A stretch of DNA of 64,000 nt from Blastocladiella emersonii ATCC 22665 (GCA_025594325.1 JANHCV010000001.1:1426001-1490000), one strand, 5' to 3'. Shown: positions 11,647 to 24,363, counted from the stretch's first letter. Numbers and translations: made by a program. The notes: generated by a model from the letters alone, not told the origin.

Positions 11647-13569
11647 CTAGTAGCGGGCGCGCGGGTCGCGGTACTCGGCCGGCCCGCCGCGAGGCCCGTA
11701 GCCTCGCTCGTAGCCGTACTCGGGGCCGCCGCCGCCGCCTGGGTACGCGCCCGCCGAGCCGGGACGGTACGCCGCGGGGTCGCGATACTGCCGCTCGTCG
11801 TAACCGGCCGGCATGCGCTCGCCGCCGCGGGGCGGGAGCGGCGGCGCGCGCGCGTAGTACTCGTCGCCGCCACCGCGGCCACCACCGTAACCCTGACCGT
11901 ACCCGCCAGGCCCGCCGTACCCGCCGCGGTCACCGCCACGGCCGCCGCCGAGCGACATGGACGACTCGAAGCGCTCGTAGATGTCAAGCAGCCTATGCGG
12001 GGAGGGGAGGGCGACGAGTCAGTCGCGAGGCGAGGAAAGCGAGACGCGCGCGCACGGGTGAGTGAACGTACTGGTCAAGCCGGCGTTCCTCGCTGCGCAG
12101 CCACTCTTTCTTGCTCTGGACGGTGCGGTGCTTGTCGGCAACGAGCTCGCGGAGGAGCAGGTACAGCTCCTGGCCCTGCGCGAGGCCCGGCTCGGCGCCG
12201 CCGCCGCCACCGCTGTACGCGCTCGTGGCCGCGACCATGCCCGACCCGGGACCGCCGCCACCGCCGCCGCGCGCGACCGCGGTGGGCACGGGCGCCGCGC
12301 CCTCACCACGCGTGGCCACGTCGCCGAGGCGGTCGCCGTTCTCGACGAAGAACTGCTCGACCGTGGTGCCGTCGTACCCGGTGAGGTCCGAGTAGAAGGC
12401 CTTGGTCTCGAGCGCGCCGAGCGCGCCCGTGGCCACGAGCTCGAGCAGCTCGGCGAACCCGCGCGCGAGCCACGCGGGCACGCCCTGGGCCACGTACATG
12501 TCGATGAACTCGGCGGGCGAGCAGTCGCGGAACGTGACGGGGCGGCCGAGCCCGCGGCTCGCGGCGGCCGCGAGGTCGGGCCCGTCCATGAGCTCGGGGC
12601 CGACCAGGTCGTAGGCCTTGAAGGCGTGGATGGCCGTGTCGCGCAGGATCGCGCACGACGCGCGCGCCACGTCGCGCACGTTCACGGGCGCGCACTTGCC
12701 GCGCCGGATCGGCAGCGACAGCTGCCCGTTGCGCACCAGCTCGCGCGCGTGCGTGTAGAAGTTCTGCTGGAAGAAGGTGCACCGCAGGAACGCGCACGGG
12801 ATGCCCGACTCGGAGACGATCCTGGAGTGGGAGGGTGCGCGGGGAGGGGAGGTCAGCGCGCGGTTCGAGAGCGAGGTGCGGGCGGGTGAGACTAGGTGCG
12901 ACGACGTACTGCTCCATGTCGTGGAACTGGCGTGCAAACAGGCTGTCGCGCGCCTCGGACCGCACCACCGACAGCAGCAGAATGAACTTGACGCGGTCGC
13001 GGGTCGCCGCGCGCACCTGAGCAAGGGGCGAGCGAGGACGGCGTCAGTGCCATGTACGGCGCGCGAGGAGGTAGTCGAGAGAGGGCGTACGTAGTTGCGG
13101 ACCTGCTCGACGCGGTTCTCGGCGTTGGACGGGACTAGTAGACGAGAAGGGAGCAGCGCCGTGAGTCTGTGGCCACGGACCGACCGACACTGCGGCCGCC
13201 GTGATCACGTACTGATGAACAGGATGTCGACGCCCGCAAAGTTGAGCTCGCCGAGGTTGTCGGCGTCAATGTGGCGCACCACGTCGACGTCGTCGAGGAT
13301 CGCGAGCGAGTGCTCGTTGTGCACGCCGGCCACCACGTTGAACTGCACGCGCGGGCGCGAGGGAGCGTGATCAGCACGAGACCTCGGGGTCGCGGCGGAG
13401 ACAGCGGCGGAGGGAAACGCACCCGCGGATGGTAGTCGCGGCTCGTCAGGACCTTGAGCACCTCGAAGCCCGTGGTGCCCGTCGCGCCCGTCACGAGGAC
13501 GGTCGCGGGCGACGGGATGCCGCCGGGCGTGGCGCCCGCGGCGGGGTTGGCGGGGGTGGTGGCGGACAT
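11647..13569 (-). CDS. NmrA-like NAD(P)-binding Rossmann protein with C-terminal coiled coil and RGG/Gly-Tyr low-complexity tail
   Basis: TVLVTGATGTTG motif and NmrA-type LRCTFFQQNF, PVNVRDVA, YDLVGPE. Splice CA/G joins RRLD-Q-LLDIYERF to the last exon GGGRGGDRGGYGGPGGYGQGYGGGRGG... Confidence 0.78.
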
Positions 13570-13800
13570 GGGTGGTGTTGATGCGTCGTGTATGTGTGCG
13601 TGCGCGTGTGCTGGTCGTCGAGGAGGGGGAGAGAGAGCGAGGAGCAGGGGGGTGGGTGGTGCGTTGATGCGTGGGGGTGATGGGCGCGCGACGACTGCCA
13701 GTGCGAGAAAGGAAGGAGGGCGCGCGGGGCGCGCCGCGATTTTGACGCGGGCCGGCCGACGCGGTCTCAGCGGGATGCCCGAATGCGGCTGAGACATGGG

Positions 13801-13836
13801 AGCAGCGGCAGCAGCGGCAGCAGCGGCAGCAGCGGC
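13801..13836. repeat. Four tandem copies of AGCAGCGGC upstream of the NmrA-like gene
   Basis: Directly visible perfect 9-nt tandem repeat. Confidence 0.9.
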
Positions 13837-14113
13837 GGCCGCGGTCCACGCGGGCACACCCGCGTGTTTGCGGCGCAGCACCGCGGTGAGTGCCGGGACG
13901 CGTCGTGTTTCAGACTGGCGTGACCACCCCCGGCGTGACGGACGCGCGCGCTCGCGAGGGTGGCGCAGCACGGGCAGCCGAGGAAGCAAAATTGGGCCAC
14001 CGTCTATCGAATCTCGAGAGAATAGGAACAAAGGCTGCCGCGGGTGCGGCGGTGGACACGCAGCCGGGGCAGGGGGGAGGTGAGTGGGAGGTGAGCGCGA
14101 ACCCGCTCGCCCG

Positions 14114-16097
14114 CTACAGGGCCGCCACCGACCCGGGCGGCGCGGCCGCGGGCGCGCGCGTCTGCTCCTCGTAAAGCCGCGCCGCCGTCGCGTGCACGTC
14201 CTTGCCGATCGACCCGACGAGCTTGCGGATCCGGCCGTCGATCCAGTGGAACGCGCCGAGCAGGTGAGCCCGCGTCCCCGTGTCGTAACGGTCGGGGATC
14301 ACCGCGAACCGCTCCGCGTACAGCGTCAGGATCAGCTCGATGAGCGTCAGCAGGACGTGGTACGTCGACACCTCGCACGGGAAGTAAAAGTCCTTGAGGT
14401 GCGTGTAGTTGCCCGTCGTCAGGTACGACGGCGTCACGTTGAACGGGTTGCCCGCGTCGGCCGAGGACGCGGTGCGCGACGTCGACGACGAGAAGCGTTG
14501 CTTGATCACCTTGGTCTACGCAATCGGGCGAGCGTGTGGGATCAGGGGCGGTCGGGGAGAGAGGAGGTGGCCGCCGCTAAGATCACGTACCACGCGTTTC
14601 CGCGTCTTGTCCTGCGCCGTCGTCGCCGAGTCAAACTCGTGCAGCAGAATGATGATCCCGCGGATCATCTCCGTGTAGTCGTCGATTTCGAGCATCGGGC
14701 CTACGCGAGAATGGGAGCGTGTTAGTCTTCGTGTCGTCGAGCGTCGCGAGAGAGGGAAGCAAGCCGCACCGAGGCTTATCCCAAGCCGAAAGTAGAGGTG
14801 ACACCTGGGAAGTGATCGCGAGGTCAGTTCAGTAAAGCAGGCGGGAAAACCAACGAGCAACGAACCGCTTGCGGCTCTTGGATGTGGCATTGATCGCGTC
14901 GATCGTGCGCTGGTGCCCGGGGTCCATGGCGTTGAGCGCCGACAGTGCGCCCTTGCACTCGAGCGCGGAGCGGATCCCCTGCAGCTCCGAGTTGGCCTGG
15001 TTGCACACGCCGCGGATCTCGAGCAGCGCCCCGTCCGTTTCGAGCAGCGGGTTCGCGTGGATCATAGTCGCCGACGACTCGCGCGTGAGGCCCGGGCTCG
15101 GAGTCGCGTTCAGCGTGGCAAACGACTGCTGCTGTTGCTGCTGCTGTTGCAGCGCCCGCGCCGCGTCGTAGTTGAATTGCGCCGACTGCACGCGTTCCTG
15201 GGCGACAATGTGGTGGGCGGGAGCCGAGACGGCCTCCACCACGGCAGGGGCGGATGCCGGCGCAGCTGCTGGAGCAGGCGGAGCGGGAGCGGCCGAGGAA
15301 AGCGGTTGCGCTGCTACTGGTACCGGTGCAGGAACCGTGGCCGGTGCTGCGGCGGGTGGCGAGGGCGTCTGCGGGGCGCCGATACCGAAGTCAAAGTTGT
15401 GGGATACCGTGCGTGGAGCAACGAACGAAAGCTCGAGCGCCGTCGGTGCACTCGTCGAAAAGTCCGGGGATGTGAACGGGCGCTCGGCGGGCTTGTACGG
15501 CACCAACGGCGGGGGCCCGACGTTGCCGCCGAGCTCGACGGCACCCGGCTCGGGTGTTGCCGGCGGCAGCGTGAGCGACAGCCGCTGCGACGACTGGCCG
15601 CCGTCTGGCGTCCCTTCGGGTGGTGGCGGCGGTGGGATGCGCGGTGCGACGGCGAGCACCGGCGTCAGCGGCATCGAGGTCATGCGCGGTGGCGGTTCGA
15701 TGGTGGTGGACTCGAGCAGGAGTGCCGCCGGCGCGCCACGCGTCCGCGGAATCACGACGGGTACCGATGGTGGTGGGGACGGCGAGGATGCAGCGGGAGC
15801 ACCGTCCTTGCGCGACGCCGGCGTGGGAGGTGGCGAAGCGAGATGGTGCTCGGGCAGTTCCATTGCGGCGTGCAATGGAATCGGCGGGAGCATGGCAACG
15901 TCGCCGGCGGACGGCGTGAACTGGAGCTCCGTGTCCATGACGGTCGAGGCGATGCGACTCTCCCGCTGGATCGTCGACTTGCCGTCGAGTACGGTCGAAG
16001 CGAGAGTCGCACGGCGCATCCCGCTCGCCAAGTCGTCCATGGCGGCGTCGGGAGCGGGCGACTTTGGCGGAAGTGGCGGTGGAGGCGCGGGCTCCAT
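14114..16097 (-). CDS. Uncharacterised protein: long Pro-rich N-terminus plus a helical C-terminal domain resembling a conserved fungal hypothetical family
   Basis: Four exons splice in frame: ...SRKR/CHLYFRLGISLG/PMLEIDDYTEMIRGIIILLHEFD.../...NYTHLKDFYFPCEVSTYHVLLTLIELILTLY...WIDGRIRKLV. Start could be 16097 or 16184. Family name not recalled. Confidence 0.65.
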
Positions 16098-16405
16098 TGG
16101 CCGAGCGGATTTCACGTTGAGAGTGAAGTAGGGCGGCTGCGCAATGTTGTTACGGTTTCGAGGCGTCGCTACGCTGCTGAGCACGTTGCGTCAAGTTGCA
16201 AGCGAATGGAAGATACATGAGCGGCGTGAGGGGAGGAGTGGAGAGAGGGGCTCGAGATAAATGAGTAATGCGCGCCTGCGCCACAGCACGCTGCATGTCT
16301 CCCATCGCGCACACAAGAAGCTGGAAGGTCGGCTCGTCTATTAGGCAGAGCAGAGGGTAGTGGGTATGACAATCCACAAAGACGGCTTTGAGCTTGGACT
16401 AGTTT

Positions 16406-16678
16406 TTAGTTGTTCCCGCCGAAGACGTCGGCTTGGGACACGCCGACCCACACGGCGCGCTCGCTCGCGGTGTTGACTCGCCGGCACACGTTGAGGGCTT
16501 CGCCCGGCGGCAGCTTGGCACAAGGGTCATCGACCTGGCACTCGGGGAACTCGGACGGATCTTCGACCACGTCGCACACGCTGACCCGGACCGGGTTCGT
16601 TGCCGGAACCGCCGCGACGCGGGTCGCGGCCAGGATCGCCACGAGGACGACGAGCGTGATTTTCGCGAGCTTGGACAT
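16406..16678 (-). CDS. Small secreted protein, 90 aa, signal peptide and 4 Cys
   Basis: MSKLAKITLVVLVAILAATRVAA-VPA signal-peptide pattern, GC3-biased codons, four cysteines. Confidence 0.6.
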   Translation of the reverse strand: MSKLAKITLVVLVAILAATRVAAVPATNPVRVSVCDVVEDPSEFPECQVDDPCAKLPPGEALNVCRRVNTASERAVWVGVSQADVFGGNN

Positions 16679-16936
16679 GGTTGGTGTACTTGTTCTTGAC
16701 CTTGCAGATGCGTCGTGAAGATATGATGGCATCCGGGCGCTCCTTTAGGTCGTGAAGCGCTGCTCGCCTCGCTCGAGAAGCATCACTCGCGAGGCGCGAT
16801 GCGAGACAAAAGTGCGTGCTCACGTGCGCCGCGCGAGACAAGCGACGCGTCGCGTCGTTGCGATCAACGACGCGTTTTTCGCTGCGAAAGCAAACCTACT
16901 GTACGGCGCTTCTGGTTGAATGTAACTTGATGCATA

Positions 16937-19900
16937 ATGCCGACAACGAAAGCCGACAAGGCACCGCCGTCGCTCGCCAACTCGGTCAATGCCGCTCCGC
17001 CGCCGGATGCGAGCGCAGGCGCTGGCTCGCCGCATCACGCCGTGATTGCTGAACCACCGCTGTTTGATGTACGCTCAAAGGTGGACCGATCAACAACACG
17101 AACGTGGCGCTTATGGCGAGCGCTCGGTCGTGTAGGAGGAATGGACGGCCTGGGTCGGCGCCGTGTATCCCGAGTGCACCGAGGCCGGCGAGCAGGCGGC
17201 TGCAGCTGCGTACATGAACGCGCTGCACGACGTCATCTCGAGCGGCCTGCGCCGTCGGTTTCTGCTCGTCGTCAAGGCCGACGTGCTCGAGTGGGTCAAC
17301 GAAAACGCCAAGACCAACGACCTGTGCCACGAGGCCAAGGCGACGCTCGACGCGGGCCCTCGAGGCGCCGAGATCCCCGACGCCCTCATGACGCGCCTCC
17401 TCCGCCAGTACATGTACAAGCTCCGCGCCGAGAACATCGAGGCGCGCCGACTCGCCAAGGAGCAGGCCGCGCAGCCGCCCGCGGCGGAAGCCGATGCTGG
17501 TGGCGCGGGCAAGAAGAAGGACGACAAGGGCGCGAAAGACGCCAAGGACGCACCCAAGTCGGCGGCGAAGAAGGGTGGCAAGGGTACGCGGACTTGACAA
17601 TCTTCCCGATCAGCACGACTAACATCCCGCCATCGTAGACGCGGGAGCTCGGCCAGAGACGAGCGCGTCGAACGAGCCACCGGCACCCAAGGCCAAGGGC
17701 AAACTGCGCGACCGTGCCATTCCGAAGGTCAAGGTGACCCCACTCGGTACGCCCCGCTGGATCACTCACTCCGACACTCGCTGATCATCTGCGAGCGCGC
17801 TTAGACGACGAGCCGGTCGACGGCCCCGACGCGTACATTGTCCTCTCGCAGTTCTCGTCGCCGACCCTCCTCGGCCTCATTCTCGGCGACACCAAGGTCC
17901 CACTGCACTGCATCACCTCGCTCAGCGGCATCGCCACTGTCCCGAGCTCATCGAGCGGCTTCGGCGCCGCGCAGTACCAGCGCCTCCTCGAGTCCTTCCC
18001 CGACACGGACGTCATCTACGCTCCCCTCGCGTGCGGCGGGTTCACGGACGCGGCCGCCGTGTTCGAGGGCATCTCCAAGCTGTGGTTCCAGCTCCTCGTC
18101 GATAAGCGAGAGTACGCGGCGTTCTACGGCCGCCAGAAGATCCTCTCGGTCCCGACCATGACCGCGCACAACGGCGGCAGTGATCCAGATCATCACGCGT
18201 CGAGCGAGGAGGGCATGACCATCCAGGACCTGCTCGACCACGTCTCGCCCGTGGCCCGCGTCAAAAGCTCGACGGTCAAATTCCGGCTGTACGTCCATTA
18301 TCACCGAGCTTTTCCTCTCACTCCCTCGCTCTGCGCTTACCTCGACATCGCGCGATCGTGTAGACACGCGGCCGCGCGCCACGTCAAGTCCCGCGCCGAA
18401 TCGGTTCTCCACCACTGTCCGCCCGCCAGCGCGGATCACGATTGGCGCTCGTCGCACTTTGCCAAGCTTCTCGGCGTCCGCCGCGAGGTGGCCCACCACT
18501 ACCTCGACCTCGTTCACTTTGAACACGTCCTCTGCCACGATCTCGCAGCGCACACGTGGTCTGAGCCCATGGACCAGCACCAGCTCCTGCAGGTACGATC
18601 ACAGCGGCCCATTCCGCGGTTTGCGCGACGCCTTCTCACCACCATGGTCGCAATGAATAGAGCCTCGAGGATGCGCTGGCGTCGACACCCGGTGCCCAGA
18701 CCGCGGTGCAGTCCCGCCACTCCAAGCTGCTAGTCGCCGTCAAGTCGCACACGCCGGCCGAGGACGCGCTCGACTACGCGCCGCCGAAGCGGCTTGGCCT
18801 CGGCGAGTGGTATGCGCGGCGCAGGGCCGGGACCCTCATTGAGCCTGTCGGCTACGTGTACGACAGCGAGGTCCCAACGCGCGTAGTGGCCAAGACCGCG
18901 CTCGAGTTCCCGCGGGCCGCAGTCGACGCGCCGTCGCGGTCGTACCAGGTGATCCACGGCTCGGATGCCGTCTATGTCGTGGCCCCGGGCTCGCTCGTCG
19001 TCCACTTCCAGTCGGGCAGCACGCTCGAGCTAGTATACCGGCGTGACGCGTCCGCTGCGCTTGCAGAACAGCAGGTCGCTGAAGCTGCCGACTCGGTGGC
19101 CGCGGCTCCGCCGCGACCCGCGTTCACGGTCGAGCTCATGTACACGACGGCGACCGGGATCAGCTGCCTGGCCGTACGCGACGGTATCCACTTCCGCTAC
19201 CCTGCGGCCGGCGGATGGCGCCGCATCCTCGGCGCCACGGGCGACCAGATCGTTGCCGGTGCGAGGGCGGTCACGTCGGCAACGGCCGCGGCCAAGGTCA
19301 CATACTTACGCGCGGACGGTGCCGTCGGCGTCCGGCCGCTCGCCGGCGACTCGGCGTGGGAGTGGTCGACCAGCAACGACGCGCGACCCGACTGGTGCAC
19401 GCGCGAGACGGACCCCATCACGCAGCGCACCATGTGGCGGCGCCAGGACGGCGTCGAGGCCGTCATTCAGCGCGACAAGTCATCGAGCATCACGTTTACC
19501 GATGGGACCGTGCTCCAGACGGATCCGAAGAAGGGGTGGGTGACGCGGGTCCCAGGCCTCGGCGAGGTTGAGGCGCTCGGCGCGGGCAACCTCGTCTTCC
19601 GCGACGATATGGGCCATCACGTCGCGTTCGGCGATGAGCTCTCGCTCCGCTCGGTACGTTCTCGCTCTTGCTCGCGCTCACCCACGGCGACTGACGTGCA
19701 CGCCGCGCATAGCCAACCGGCCAGATCATCTCGAGCACCGACCACAAGTCGACCATCTCGTTCCCGGGCTACACGCTGCGCCTCGACAGCGGCTACCTCG
19801 AGCCCGTTGCGTCGCCGCCGTTCACACCGGCTCCCGTGTCGCTTCGCGCCGGCCAGCTGGTCAAGTCTCTGCTCGCATCGCCGCTCATCCCGGGCACGGC

Positions 19901-21230
19901 CCCGACTTGCCTCTTCACCCTGCAACACGCGGCGAGTCCAGCGATCACCTCGCACTCGCGGCTCTGGACCGACGGTGAGGTCCAGCGCCAGGTTCTCGCG
20001 GCGCAGCGCAGTACTGGGTACCGCGTCCACTTGTCCGAGGAACCGCTTCTCGCTCTGCCGACCTCCTCTTCATCCACGCCTGACCTCGCCGCGGTCGCGG
20101 GCCCCGTCGTCCTCAACTTTGTCACGTACGACCTCATGACGCGGAGCGTAGTGTGTCGGCAGCTCGTCCGGTACCCGCCCCTCACCGACGAGATGCGGCA
20201 CCGCGTCCTCGCCGCGTGGAAGGAGCTGCAGCAGCTCGCGACCGTGCCCGAGTCGGCCGCCGCGGCGCCCACCGACGACGCCGGCGGTGCGCGCGCTCTC
20301 CTCACCGAGCGCGACCTGTTCCTCCGCTTCCTCACGACGTGGGAGCGCGAGCAGCTCACCTCGCGCGCGGCCGCGGGGACCAGCGAGCTCCGGCCCGCGA
20401 GCTCGCTCGTCGCCACGCGGAACGCGGTCGCCCCGTTGCCCATGGACCCGAGCGCGTCGTCACTCTTCGCGAGGCCGTCGTTCTCGGTCATCCGACAGAT
20501 GCTGACGCCGGTGCGCAAGGCCCCGCCGCCGCCGAGCCAGATCCCCGTCCAGCTCGCGGCCAACCTGCGCAACGTGCGCGCCGAGCGCGGGCCGTACTTT
20601 GCGAGCACCGAGGGCCGGCGCGCGCTCGCGGACCTCGAGTCGGACGAGGCTTCTGCCGCCGCAGTTCCACCGCGGCACCGCCCCGACTCGTCGCCCAAGC
20701 GCCCGCTCTACGCGTCGCCGGACGCGCCACCCATCGACCCCGACGAGGACGTGACGCAGGGCGCCGTCGGGCTCGCGGTCGTCACGAACCTGCGCGGCGA
20801 GCGCGTGCTCGTCGGGTCCAGCGGAAGCGGGACGCTCAGCAGTGCGGCCGCGACCATGGGCTCGTCGGCCGGGCTCACGGGCGGTGCGAGCACCAACAAC
20901 CCGTTCGCAGTCGAGCCGGCGCTCCCGCCGCGCGCGAACCGCGCTTCGACGCTGCGCACGGCGCGCGGGATCGAGATGGCCGCGTCGCGCCAGGGTATCG
21001 TGTTCGACGCGCCCGTCGTCGTTCCGCCGGCAGCTACCTCGTCGCCGAGCCGCCAGCCGCCGCGCGTCGCGTTCAGCGGGAACGTCACTGTGGGCAAGGC
21101 GCCGCTGCCTGCGCTGGTAGCGCGGGGACCCGACGCGGCGGCGATCCTGAGCGGGTCCGACATGCGCGTGTCCAATGACGGCGCGACGACGGCGCGCGAG
21201 GCGCGGCCGCAGCGGCTCGATGTACTCTGA
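16937..21230 (+). CDS. SPAG17: Central-pair projection protein SPAG17/PF6-like, multi-exon
   Basis: Spliced N-terminus FD/EEWTAWVGAV...LRRRFLLV...LCHEAKATLDAG..EIPDALMTRLLRQYMYKL...KLRDR...DDEPVDGPDAYIVL parallels the SPAG17 N-terminal region. Later beta-rich RQDG/FTDGT repeats. Confidence 0.78.
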
Positions 21231-21266
21231 GGCGATGACGAAAAATAGATGGACACGAGATGGATT

Positions 21267-22022
21267 TTAACGAAGCATCATGGACCTTCTCACGTCCTCG
21301 TCCGTAACGGGAAGCGGCTGTCGAGAGTTTGACGCGGCTGAGACGGACGTGCTACACGAGGGAGCCGTGTTAGGGTGGGCGTCTCGTTCAAGCGCCAGAT
21401 CATGAAGTGTACCTTGCGCGAACGACATGCGCAGCGGTTGCAATGCTCGGTCGCGGCCCAAACACCTTTAGGCCGCGGACGTGCGAGTCGAGGCCGTTGT
21501 TGTGGTTCGAGTGAATGCAGATCTGTAGAACGGTGCATTGGACCGGTGTTTGCGGGTCGATCCACGCCGACAGGTGCACCCAGCCGTCCGGGTACTGGAA
21601 GACCTCCTCGCGCAAATCCTACGCCGTGGCCGCGGTGAGGCCCCGCTCACATGCAGCGGTCCACCTCGTGAGCGTACTTCGAGGCCGTGGACAGAGAAAC
21701 CAGCACGCAACATAACAATCTCGGGCGTGAACGAGTCGTCGAGCGGATGGCTCAGCAGCAGCGACACCTGACAGACCAGAACGGGCCGCGGGAAACGCAG
21801 CATAATGGTGTGCGGCAGCGCTCCCTCGGACTGCCAGAACGTCTCGATGTCCTCGCTCATCAGGCCCTCCAGGTCTGATCCAGCCTTCGACGAGGACGTG
21901 CTCCAAATCGCCAAGCTCCCGATATTGACCTTGCGGGTCATGTCTGAGACGTCGCTCACAAGGTCGAGCTCGGACGCGTTAGCGTCGCCGTCCGTTTCCA
22001 TGTTTTCATTGCGATCAGTCAT
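21267..22022 (-). CDS. APC10: Anaphase-promoting complex subunit 10 (Doc1)
   Basis: IGSLAIWSTSSSKAG, ETFWQSEGALPH, LDDSFTP, LQICIHSNHNNGLDSHVRGLKVFGP. Spliced last exon ends in an LR tail (IR-tail equivalent) at 21267. Confidence 0.88.
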
Positions 22023-22831
22023 TGCGAGGATCAGGGTACATCAAAGTTTCTGCGAAGAGAAGACGCGTCTTGAATGCGTCGCGCCGGAGATCTGCAACGA
22101 GACACGTGAGGGCGACGCAACAGCTCGCAGCTTAAAAGTCGGACCCTGCCCGCACCCGGCTCTTGCTCCTCGTCACAATCGCGGCTAGTATCAGTCGCTC
22201 GCTCTATTCGTGGGCGCGCGCTTGGTGTCAGCGAAAGACGACGGACGATAGCATCGGGATTTGTCGGCTTTGCTGCAAGGGGGCCGCAAACCCTCGTGCG
22301 ACAGAAGATCGTCATTGATGACCTCGGACAGCTCGCGCGTAGCGCGCCATGTTGCTACTTTGGCCTTGTACTCGGTGTGCCAGCCGACTAGACGAAACGG
22401 TGGCGAATTCGTCAACCGACCTCCGGCAAGTCCACGCCAGCCAACGACGACGACGTCTGTTTCGATGGCTGCAGCTCGCGGCCGGAGAAGGCGACGGCCG
22501 TCGTCGCAAGCAAGCTTCGCGTGCCGTCCGCGACGCCGTCGTGCTTGCGGCCCGGGAGAGCTTGCGGCAGCAAGCAGCTCGAATAGGGCGGCGGCGGCGG
22601 CGGCGGCGGCGCTGGGTCCCTCGGCTTCGGGTCGTCTCTTGTTGGGCGGCAACTTCGGCAGCAAGTTGCGGCGCGGTTTCAAGCTTGCCCGCCGTGGTTA
22701 CCAAGCTTGTAACCCCACGACATGGCAGGGCGTGCGCCGCGCCGCTCTAGGAGGGGAAGAGCGGCTCCGGGGGTTCCCTCTCTCCCGTCTCCCCGCACTC
22801 GCTTCATTCATTAGACGATTGGTTGCCCTCC

Positions 22832-24224
22832 ATGGCTGCGCCACCCTCGCGCCTGACGGCGTACGAGGAGACGCTGCTCGCCAAGTACCGCGCGCCCGAG
22901 GTCATGGCAGTCATGAGCGTGTCGTTTCTGCTCTCGACCATCCTCGTGGTGCTTGCCTCGTACCGCACGGTCCGCGCGAGCAACCGGTTCAACTGGGCCG
23001 TGCTCTCGGCCGTCCTGGCCTTCTTCGTCAACGACGCCTGGTACTGGGGCGTGATTATCAGCAGCTGGATGCCGGTACGCCTCTCCCCGTCTTCGCTCGC
23101 GATGGGCAAACTTGACGGCGCTGACCCCCATCAACCCGCATCCAGAACTCGTTCGAGATCGTCCGGGTTTACACTCCCATCTTGTGCGGCGCCCAGGTCG
23201 CGGCCCTCTGCTTCGACCGGTTCCAAGGTGCGGACGAACGCGACGGATGACGCGCGGGCCACAAGGGCGATGGTGATCCGATCAGACCCGCGCTCACTCA
23301 CTTCCTCATGTAGTCTTTTCGGCCACGAGCTACGCGCGGTGGTACACCAGGCGGGTGCGCTATGCGCTCCTGGCGCTGACCTACACGGTGATGGTCGTCG
23401 CCATGGTGCTGCTCGCGAGCACGTACTGGTCGTTGTCGAGTCTGCGCGAGCACATCCCCGCGCGCGACCTGCGCAAGGCGACCATCATGTTCTCGGCGGG
23501 GTTCACGGCCGTGTCGGACCTCGTCATCACCGTCCTGATCGCGCACATCGTGCTGCAGATCCGCGCCAGTCTGGACCCCGTCTCGAGCTCAAGCGGGCGG
23601 CACGCGTCGCCCATGTCCGTGTTCTCCACAATCGCGGGGGTCGCGTCGGCGCACGCCGAGCACAAGTCGGCGAGCCGGCGGTACCGGCGGGTCATCATGG
23701 CCGTGCTGATGGCGCTCGCTGGGATGCTTTTGTCGAGCATCATTGCCATGGCAGTGTACGCCGTGTCGTCGGGCGTGTTCGGGCACATGCTCGCGTACAT
23801 CTTCGTGCGCGTGTACGTGCTGTGCGCCATGGTCGAGTGGCAGATGATCGTCGAGCTGGTGCGCGATCGCAAGAAGTCGTCGCCGTCCAGCGGCACCAAC
23901 GCGCCGCGCGCGTCCACGTCCCGCGGGCCCGTCAGCGGGAGCGGCGCCGCGTCCAACTACGTCGACAGCCGGTCGGTGCCGGCCATGTACCCGGACGCGA
24001 AGCCGGTGCAGTTCCAGTACCAGCAGTATCAGCAGCAGCAGCAGCAGGCCCAGCCGCCCCTCAGCCACCAGTACCACCAGACCTCGTATCAGCTACAACA
24101 TCAGCAGCCATACCAGCCGCGGGCGCCCGCGCAGCCGCCCGCGACCATCGACCGCCCGCCGCCCGCTCGCACGACGTCTGCAGTGCGTCCCGATCGGAAT
24201 GTCGCGCCGCGCGCCTTTTACTAG
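22832..24224 (+). CDS. Seven-transmembrane GPCR-like protein with DRF motif and Gln/Pro-rich tail; exons 22832-23074, 23146-23227, 23314-24224
   Basis: Hand splicing gives an open frame with seven hydrophobic segments. LCFDRFQVF sits at the end of TM3. Confidence 0.7.
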
Positions 24225-24363
24225 CAGTAGACCACCACCTCGGAGTGCATGTCATGTCCCCATAGATAAACATGTTTTTATTGGTTTCGTACGTTTGCGA
24301 GGGTACCGCGGGACCCGTAGTGGCCGAGCGGAACGTCCCACCCGACCAGGTCAGCGAGGCCCG

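Noticed and set aside
22351-22365. 15-mer GTTGCTACTTTGGCC shared with 55334-55348
   Set aside because: One 15-nt match in 64 kb is within chance expectation and the flanks do not align.
22191-22682. 163-aa minus-strand ORF between APC10 and the 7TM gene
   Set aside because: Starts at TTG, is inflated by a (GCC)n run, and has no codon bias or recognisable domain.
23760-23860. 7TM protein as an opsin
   Set aside because: TM7 (GHMLAYIFVRVYVLCAMVEW) has no retinal-binding lysine.
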